A DNA stretch of 64,000 bases, taken from a virus. Of the stretch, positions 57,609-64,000 are shown one piece after another. The notes beneath the pieces are model-generated. The model did not search any database. It worked only from the letters and a program-made list of their open reading frames with translations, and had not been told where the DNA came from. The translations under genes were made by a program, and so were the position numbers. Positions within the stretch are counted from its first letter, which is position 1, and each line of letters begins with the position of its first letter. The stretch is taken from positions 9,904-73,903 of the IMG/VR virus record IMGVR_UViG_3300033143_003851. One strand, 5' to 3'.

Positions 57609-58351
57609 TGTATGTAGTTGTGTTAGAAGTATTGGGTGATAAGATTCGATGTAAAGGTAGTGGTATGGATAATATTACACTACCTATACCTGATATCAAA
57701 TATTTTTATCGCAACGGGAAACGAATAGATGCCAAAAGGTGTAATGTCTCAGAAGGGGATTATTTTGACCACCCAAGTCTCGGTGGATTATTTTCTGAAA
57801 AGTATCGGGTTAATATACATGGGAAAGTAAAGACATGTGCCACAGAGAGGGAAAGGAAAAGGTGGGTGAAACAATATATGAATGTTAAACTCAAAATTGA
57901 TTGGAATGGTTATTATATCGGTCAAGATGTCATAGATGACACTGGCAACGTTGTTAATAAAGATGAGAAGGCAAAAGAACTTATTGATGAGGGGTTTAAG
58001 AACGCTGCTAAAACATTGCTTGAAGACGATAAAACTAGTACGGTAACTAAGAAAGATGAGGATTTTAGACCGAAGGATTCATATGTTATGATTGCTAAAA
58101 ACATTATGACAACGTGTGATGAATCAGATATTGGTATTGCCTATATCAAAAAAATTACTAACAAAGAACTACACTTTGTTATAGGTAAAAGTAAAGCTAT
58201 CAGGGAAAAGTTTGATGACTATTCTGATAAGACAAAGAAAACCGACAGAATTAATGTAGATGATATTATTGATATTTATAACATGGTTGGTATGATTGAA
58301 GAATTACCAATTGTGTCAGCAATTCTTGAGATTGAATTGGAGGAAAAATGA
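57608..58351 (+). CDS. Hypothetical protein
   Basis: Charged 247-aa ORF with GAGGT RBS. Confidence 0.6.
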   Translation: MYVVVLEVLGDKIRCKGSGMDNITLPIPDIKYFYRNGKRIDAKRCNVSEGDYFDHPSLGGLFSEKYRVNIHGKVKTCATERERKRWVKQYMNVKLKIDWNGYYIGQDVIDDTGNVVNKDEKAKELIDEGFKNAAKTLLEDDKTSTVTKKDEDFRPKDSYVMIAKNIMTTCDESDIGIAYIKKITNKELHFVIGKSKAIREKFDDYSDKTKKTDRINVDDIIDIYNMVGMIEELPIVSAILEIELEEK

Positions 58352-58467
58352 TAAAATGTCCATGTTGTGGGCACCCAGCTGTTGAAGGAGTATATATGTT
58401 ATATTGTACTAACTCTAACTGTGGTTGGCGAGCCCCTGATTTAAAAGTTCACTGGGATGTGTTTTAA
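58348..58467 (+). CDS. 39-aa Zn-ribbon microprotein (not in track)
   Basis: MIKCPCCGHP...YCTNSNCGW; GGAGG RBS, ATGA overlap. Confidence 0.6.
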   Translation: MIKCPCCGHPAVEGVYMLYCTNSNCGWRAPDLKVHWDVF

Positions 58468-58904
58468 TGGAACGGTGGTTAGCTCATTTTGTATTTGCTG
58501 CTATTGTGTTATCAGTTGGTGGGCTATACATGGCAATATATAATGTATACGATGCCCCTGACCAAGAGGGTTTAGTTACTGAAAAACACTATACAGTTGA
58601 ATCAAATAATGAACACTATTATATTGAATTAGATGATGATAGTATATATGAGGTAGACTCTAGAACATATAACTCTATATCTGAAGGGGAAGATGTTTCG
58701 TTCGAGTCTTGTCAAGGACAAAAAACAGAAAATAGCACAGAATGGATGACATGGATATTGTTAGGTGGGGGTATGGTTTGTTGGGCTTTTGTAGCTTATA
58801 TATATGCTAATACTGAGCGACCAGAAACCCCAAATATTGATATGGAAGAGCTTGAGAGATACAAGCGATTTAGAGAGTTAGAAAAATTAAGAGGAGGTAG
58901 ATAA
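58467..58904 (+). CDS. Two-TM membrane protein with acidic beta domain
   Basis: TM - VTEK..YYI..YEVD..TYNSISEGE - TM. Confidence 0.7.
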   Translation: MERWLAHFVFAAIVLSVGGLYMAIYNVYDAPDQEGLVTEKHYTVESNNEHYYIELDDDSIYEVDSRTYNSISEGEDVSFESCQGQKTENSTEWMTWILLGGGMVCWAFVAYIYANTERPETPNIDMEELERYKRFRELEKLRGGR

Positions 58905-58905
58905 T

Positions 58906-59103
58906 ATGGGATTATTTAAAAGCTATTGTTATGAGTGTGGGTGTCAAGTTAGTTGTAGGTGCAAGTGCCACACAACTCCATCTATGAGAATAACTACATG
59001 CTGTGTTAAATGTGGTTGCGAACATATGTGTGCGTGTAGTTGCCATATATCTCCTCAAGTATATTCAAGATATTATTACGAAGAAGAAGAGTGGACAGAA
59101 TGA
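58906..59103 (+). CDS. Cys-rich metallothionein-like microprotein
   Basis: Two CxxCGCxxxCxCxCH units; AGGAGGT RBS. Confidence 0.65.
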   Translation: MGLFKSYCYECGCQVSCRCKCHTTPSMRITTCCVKCGCEHMCACSCHISPQVYSRYYYEEEEWTE

Positions 59104-62100
59104 AACATAGTTGGGTAAAACAGGGTATAGGTCTTTGGCACCATGCTAGGAACTGGGATTCGGGCAAGGTGCCCTCATCTAGTGATACCGCTGTTTTGCC
59201 TGACTGTGCTTCTTGTGTCATTACTAAACCAATTAAAGATATTCATGTAGTTATACAGGGAATATTTAAGATTATATATATGATAAATATCTGTTCAAAG
59301 GATAACATATTTTTACAGACAGATGATAGTTGCGAAGAGTTGTCCGAGTTATGTGTTATTACAGATGCAGATTTTATTCGAGAGTGGTTATTAACTAACA
59401 AAGCTATTCATGCGAGTAATGGGAACGCAGATGCGTTCTGGGTTGCTGGCGATGGTTCTATTAATGATGATGTGAATCATTTGTCAGCCACCAGTGGTGG
59501 GGCTGCTGGCACATTTGGTAGGATTTTACAGCCTGGGGATGATTTTTATATTGATGAAAGCAGCGACAGCGGAGCTGCTTTTACCATTACTTTTAATGCT
59601 AACACAAGTTGCGACACTGTTTATATTACGGTTGATGAGCAACTTGATATTGAAGATGATGGGGCAAGTCGAACTTGGACACTTGATGGGTTTGATATTG
59701 ACCTTAATGGTGGAGATCTAAATTTTGGGGTTACAAATCAACTTGGAACCCTCGATATTGCTAGTATTGGGATTGATATTGCTGGTTCTGGAGCCGAAAC
59801 TGTAGATTGGAATCACCCCACAGTTGCCTTTAATCTTGGTGGTGGTTATGAAATCAGAGCAAGTCTTGGCGGTTTCACCTTAGGCACAAATGCAGATATT
59901 ACGGTAGATGGTGGGGGTAATTGGGGAAACTATGAGAATACCCAGTCTTTCGGTAGTTGTGTTACAAGTGGTGCTTTAACTGTAACCGTTGTGGCAGACT
60001 GTTATTTTGGCAATTTAACTATTGCAGCTAACGGTATAGTTAATCCCAATAATAGTGGACACTTAATTAGTTGTGCTGGTAATTTTAATCCGAGTGCTGG
60101 TGCCATAACCAATGGAAGCACTAATGATTGGGAATTATCATTTACCGGTGCTGGTAAGACATGGACAGTAGGGGCAAATTCAGCTGCATATTATGATGTA
60201 AAAATCAATGCAGGATCAGTTACAAGTGCTGGTCAAACTATTGCTATTGCAAATGATTGGAATTTAGTAGATAATGTTGCTACATCTTTTACAGGGGGAG
60301 TAACAACAAATTATGCGTGGGGTGGCACTTTTATTTATGGAGCCAATGCAAGCATTGTTAGTGGAAGTTATCATATTCTCCCCGGTGGTAATAGAAATTT
60401 GCCGTCTGGAAATGATGATTTTGGGGCATCCTCGTTAAATTTTAGAACTAATGGATCGCATACTATAACAGCCCAAACAGGAATTACAACCACAGGAAAT
60501 GTTGCTATATATGGTTGGGGGGCTGTAATTTCTAGTTTGGATATGGCAACATTTAAATTAGATTGCGATGATTTATATGTTGGATCAGGAGCTCAACCAA
60601 CATGGGAAGGTATTGTTGATTTTGGGTCATATAATGCCGGAACTGGTCATACTATAAATAGTCTGACCAGTTATGTTGATAATGGTAATTCTGCTGTCAA
60701 TATGGGAACTAGCATCGTTACCTGTGATGGAGATGCGATTTTCTCTAATCTTACAACCGTAACAATAGGAACTGGTAAATTTAGAATGACGGCAGCTACA
60801 GCAGATGCAACATATTATCCATCTGGTCCTGCTTCTGGGGTTTCTAACCTATATCATTTAGAAATTGATTCTGCAGGTGGTGGTAATAGTGTTATTGCAA
60901 ACGGTGGAGTAACATTACTTACTATGACCTCTGGCACTTTTGAATTAAATGGTAATTTTAGGTTACGAGGAACAGGAGCACCATTTACATATACTGCTGG
61001 CACTATCACAAACACAGGAGCATCCCAATATTTTATTTGGAACTCATTAGATAATGTGGCAACAACTGTAAATGCTGTTAATTATGGAAACAAACTTGAT
61101 TTTCAAACCGCTTCATCTGGAATAGTGTATACTGCTGCCGGAAATATTGTATGTCTTGGTTTCAGATTATTTGATTTAGGGTATACTCAAATAATGGACT
61201 TAAATGCCCATGATATAGATATTAATGGAATTGGTAGCATAGGTGCAAATGCCACACTATTAGATGGTGTTGGTGGTTCTGAGATTGATTGTAATGGAAA
61301 TTGGACCGCAACAAGTGGCACATTTACTTATGGCACAACATCAGTTATATTTTCTGGAGTTGGAGCAACAGTTACCTTTGGCGCAAGCTCAAATGAGTTT
61401 AATAATATTGAATTTCAAGCAAACTGCACACTTGCAGGAACCAGTCCAAACATATATGGAGATGTTGATTTAGCAGCAGCTATTACCTTAACCCTTGCCA
61501 GTAACATGAATTTTGTTATTAATGCTGGGGGTAGTTTTAATAGTTGCGGTGCTGGAGTAACTATTGCTAAAACAAGTATAAGTTATTTCTCAACATATGT
61601 TGCAGAGGTTTGGCCTGCTGCTGATATTACATTTACAGCATATTGCACAATACGAGGCACAGGGACCACAACTTTATCAGGTGATGTTACTTGTTCGTGG
61701 TCTGTATTTACGGTTTGTGGTGATGGGGCCCTATCAATACTTGATTGTAATACTCATATAATTAGTGCATATGGTGTTAAACTTGGTCAATCAGGATATA
61801 CTGCCAACCGAGGTAAAATTGATTTTGGAACCCCCGGGGCAGGCAACCATAACATAGATGCAGGTGGCCTTGTGGTCTATGATGATGGGGGCAATAATGA
61901 CAATGAGATTGATTGTGGTGGGGGGCAAATTAACTGTTCTGGTAATTGGAACCATAGTGAACTTGCTAATGGTAAATTTACGGATGGCACAAGCACCATA
62001 GTTTTTGATGGAAATTTGACATTTACAAGTAATGGCACAACTGATAAACTAAATAATATCACAATTGCAGGCGGATTTACAGTTACACAGGGAGCAGATG

Positions 62101-64000
62101 TTAGTCAGGATTTGCTCCTAACTTTTGGAGATGGAGCATGGATTGACCATGTTGGATATGATTGGGATCTGAATAGTCCCGGTCAGATGGTTATATTTAA
62201 TGCTGCTAATTCTAATGGTTTTGAAGATACTGGGGCTGGCACAGGATATTGTAGATATAACTATAGTGGTGCTGGTGCCCAAGATGTGTCTGGTGAGGCT
62301 GCAGTTGGAAATGGGCAATACCATAATCTTGTTGTTAGAACATATAACGCTGTTAACAATAAAGAGATATTAGATGGCACTCTGGTTTGCACAGGATATC
62401 TATATATTAATGGTAATGGTGGGGGTAATGTTTGCACGCTTGATACTAACGATAGTGGGGCAGCCGCTGATAGGAATATTGATGTGGGTGCTTATATTAC
62501 TATCTCAACAGATGGTAAAATTGATGCCAATACATCAGATATTACATCTGTTACTGATATGGATTTTTTACTTGGGACTTTTACATACGATACATCAACT
62601 CTTGAAATAACCGGAACTGGCACATTAACGTTAGGAGCCCTTTCAAACTATATTTGGAATTTAACAGCAAGCGGGACTGTAACCATGTCTAATTCAGGAA
62701 TTTGGGCATATACACAATCGGGCGGTGCTGTTATTATTACTGGTTCTCTTCAACTTGATAATACTTTTGTTATTAATACAAACTCTATGCCTTTATGGGA
62801 TAATCAAAGCACGGTGTTAGGGGGTGGGATTCTTATATTTTCATCTGCTGTTAATCAAAATGTAGATTTAACAGGTATATATTCTATTACTACTACACAA
62901 TTTAGAGCCAGTTCGGCTGCCGTTGCAGATATGACATATACCATGATTAATGGGGCATTTGTTACAACAGGAAATATTACATTTACCACAAGTGATGCTG
63001 CTTGGGGATGCATTGTGGATACATCTGCAAATAATTTTGGAATTGAGTGTGCTATTCTTACATCAGGTAGGCCCGGAGCATATGGAACATCTCAACTAAA
63101 GTGTCGTGATTCTGCTATTGTTGTTTCTGGAGATATCACTATTCAACAAAATGGTGTTATTGATGCAGATACTTCTTTAATTCAATTTCAAGGAAATTGG
63201 GATTCAAGTGCTGGAACTTTTACCAGAGATACTGGAAAAGTCCAGCACACAGGATCTGGAACAGCACTAATCACAATCACAGCAGGGGACTATTTCCATG
63301 ATCTTGAAATTGGCCCTGCTGGTGGAACCACAGAATTAATGACATGGTTCTTTGTAGATGGCACACTCACACAGGGTTCTGGGGCAATTGACCAAACCAA
63401 TGCTTGGCAAGGTATTATTTTATCCAATGCGGATGCAACTCCCTTTGTAAATGGTGGGGGATCACAAACAGATTTAATGATTCAGTTTCAAGATGGCACA
63501 TATTCTATTGCTACGGGCATAAATTACAACAAAATTAGAATTGTTGGAGCTGCTTGTGCATCTACACAAGCAGGCCATATTGAAATGTCAGATGATTTTT
63601 GTTTTTATAATGTCAGTCATGCTGTCAATACAAGTTGGAATATGAACAACTATAATTTAACTTGTGTTAATTTTAACGATGAGTGGGGAACTACAAATAC
63701 ACACGGTATTTTTACTATGGGAACAGGTATATTTACTGATTCAGGAACAACAGCAGATTTTTCAAAACTTGCAACAGTAGCCTTTGACACAAGCAAAACA
63801 TATCTAACCGGCACATGTTCTTTTACTGCTGGTGGGTTTAGTTTATATGACGTATACATATATGGAGTTACCACCTGTCAAGACGCCTTCCACTTTGATA
63901 GAGGATATGTGCAAGATGGTGGCACTATGGTTTTTGGGGCACATGCTCATATCATTGATTCTGGTTGGTATGTGGATGGCAGCGGTGCAGGGGGAACTGT
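59100..64000 (+). CDS. Giant (>1630 aa, 3'-truncated) beta-helical adhesin / receptor-binding protein
   Basis: ATG at 59100 (ATGA overlap). Frame read manually at the start, middle and end is open; its absence from the track is consistent with no stop in the window. N-terminal W..G.W..ARNW..G.VP...D motif and recurring GNW....GTF...TS...F.G repeats. Confidence 0.85.
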   Translation, partial: MKHSWVKQGIGLWHHARNWDSGKVPSSSDTAVLPDCASCVITKPIKDIHVVIQGIFKIIYMINICSKDNIFLQTDDSCEELSELCVITDADFIREWLLTNKAIHASNGNADAFWVAGDGSINDDVNHLSATSGGAAGTFGRILQPGDDFYIDESSDSGAAFTITFNANTSCDTVYITVDEQLDIEDDGASRTWTLDGFDIDLNGGDLNFGVTNQLGTLDIASIGIDIAGSGAETVDWNHPTVAFNLGGGYEIRASLGGFTLGTNADITVDGGGNWGNYENTQSFGSCVTSGALTVTVVADCYFGNLTIAANGIVNPNNSGHLISCAGNFNPSAGAITNGSTNDWELSFTGAGKTWTVGANSAAYYDVKINAGSVTSAGQTIAIANDWNLVDNVATSFTGGVTTNYAWGGTFIYGANASIVSGSYHILPGGNRNLPSGNDDFGASSLNFRTNGSHTITAQTGITTTGNVAIYGWGAVISSLDMATFKLDCDDLYVGSGAQPTWEGIVDFGSYNAGTGHTINSLTSYVDNGNSAVNMGTSIVTCDGDAIFSNLTTVTIGTGKFRMTAATADATYYPSGPASGVSNLYHLEIDSAGGGNSVIANGGVTLLTMTSGTFELNGNFRLRGTGAPFTYTAGTITNTGASQYFIWNSLDNVATTVNAVNYGNKLDFQTASSGIVYTAAGNIVCLGFRLFDLGYTQIMDLNAHDIDINGIGSIGANATLLDGVGGSEIDCNGNWTATSGTFTYGTTSVIFSGVGATVTFGASSNEFNNIEFQANCTLAGTSPNIYGDVDLAAAITLTLASNMNFVINAGGSFNSCGAGVTIAKTSISYFSTYVAEVWPAADITFTAYCTIRGTGTTTLSGDVTCSWSVFTVCGDGALSILDCNTHIISAYGVKLGQSGYTANRGKIDFGTPGAGNHNIDAGGLVVYDDGGNNDNEIDCGGGQINCSGNWNHSELANGKFTDGTSTIVFDGNLTFTSNGTTDKLNNITIAGGFTVTQGADVSQDLLLTFGDGAWIDHVGYDWDLNSPGQMVIFNAANSNGFEDTGAGTGYCRYNYSGAGAQDVSGEAAVGNGQYHNLVVRTYNAVNNKEILDGTLVCTGYLYINGNGGGNVCTLDTNDSGAAADRNIDVGAYITISTDGKIDANTSDITSVTDMDFLLGTFTYDTSTLEITGTGTLTLGALSNYIWNLTASGTVTMSNSGIWAYTQSGGAVIITGSLQLDNTFVINTNSMPLWDNQSTVLGGGILIFSSAVNQNVDLTGIYSITTTQFRASSAAVADMTYTMINGAFVTTGNITFTTSDAAWGCIVDTSANNFGIECAILTSGRPGAYGTSQLKCRDSAIVVSGDITIQQNGVIDADTSLIQFQGNWDSSAGTFTRDTGKVQHTGSGTALITITAGDYFHDLEIGPAGGTTELMTWFFVDGTLTQGSGAIDQTNAWQGIILSNADATPFVNGGGSQTDLMIQFQDGTYSIATGINYNKIRIVGAACASTQAGHIEMSDDFCFYNVSHAVNTSWNMNNYNLTCVNFNDEWGTTNTHGIFTMGTGIFTDSGTTADFSKLATVAFDTSKTYLTGTCSFTAGGFSLYDVYIYGVTTCQDAFHFDRGYVQDGGTMVFGAHAHIIDSGWYVDGSGAGGT

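Noticed and set aside
59100-64000. Non-coding or stop-codon-recoded region implied by the lack of long ORFs in the track
   Set aside because: One frame appears open to the window edge, so the caller omitted it; the short ORFs listed there are shadow frames. Genes elsewhere end in TAA, TAG and TGA normally.

Overview
This window looks like most of the genome of an AT-rich, head-tailed (Caudoviricetes-like) archaeal virus. The archaeal host is inferred from BRE+TATA promoters (CCGAAA..TTTATATA), GGTGA/GAGGTG ribosome-binding sites, a PolB ending in a PCNA-binding PIP box, an archaeo-eukaryotic primase, an Hjc-like resolvase and CCA-less archaeal-type tRNAs. The host lineage cannot be resolved from sequence alone. 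The left arm (0.85-38.3 kb, minus strand) carries GC-richer early genes, many Zn-finger microproteins, a COOH-NH2 ligase / class II glutamine amidotransferase / ATP-grasp / Zn-finger cluster, and replication and nucleotide-metabolism genes (helicase-like ATPase, Cas4-like nuclease, primase, NrdJ, UDG-like, PolB, ThyX, dCMP deaminase, two MTase homologues). Two palindrome-rich non-coding blocks (35.9-36.3 kb and 38.3-38.95 kb) lie near the strand switch. The right arm (39-64 kb, plus strand) is the morphogenesis module: terminase, portal, scaffold/protease, capsid, two tail-tube paralogues, tape measure, and a >1630-aa beta-helical adhesin that runs off the window and is missing from the ORF track. 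Six tRNAs and several structured RNA candidates are present. The most notable items are the peptide-ligase cluster in an archaeal virus, a PolB exonuclease with swapped segments, a tRNA set that appears to serve A-ending codons and abuts start codons, a tRNA with an insertion in the anticodon, a degenerate MTase paralogue and probable AUA-initiated genes. All protein calls come from motif recognition by eye; no searches were run.
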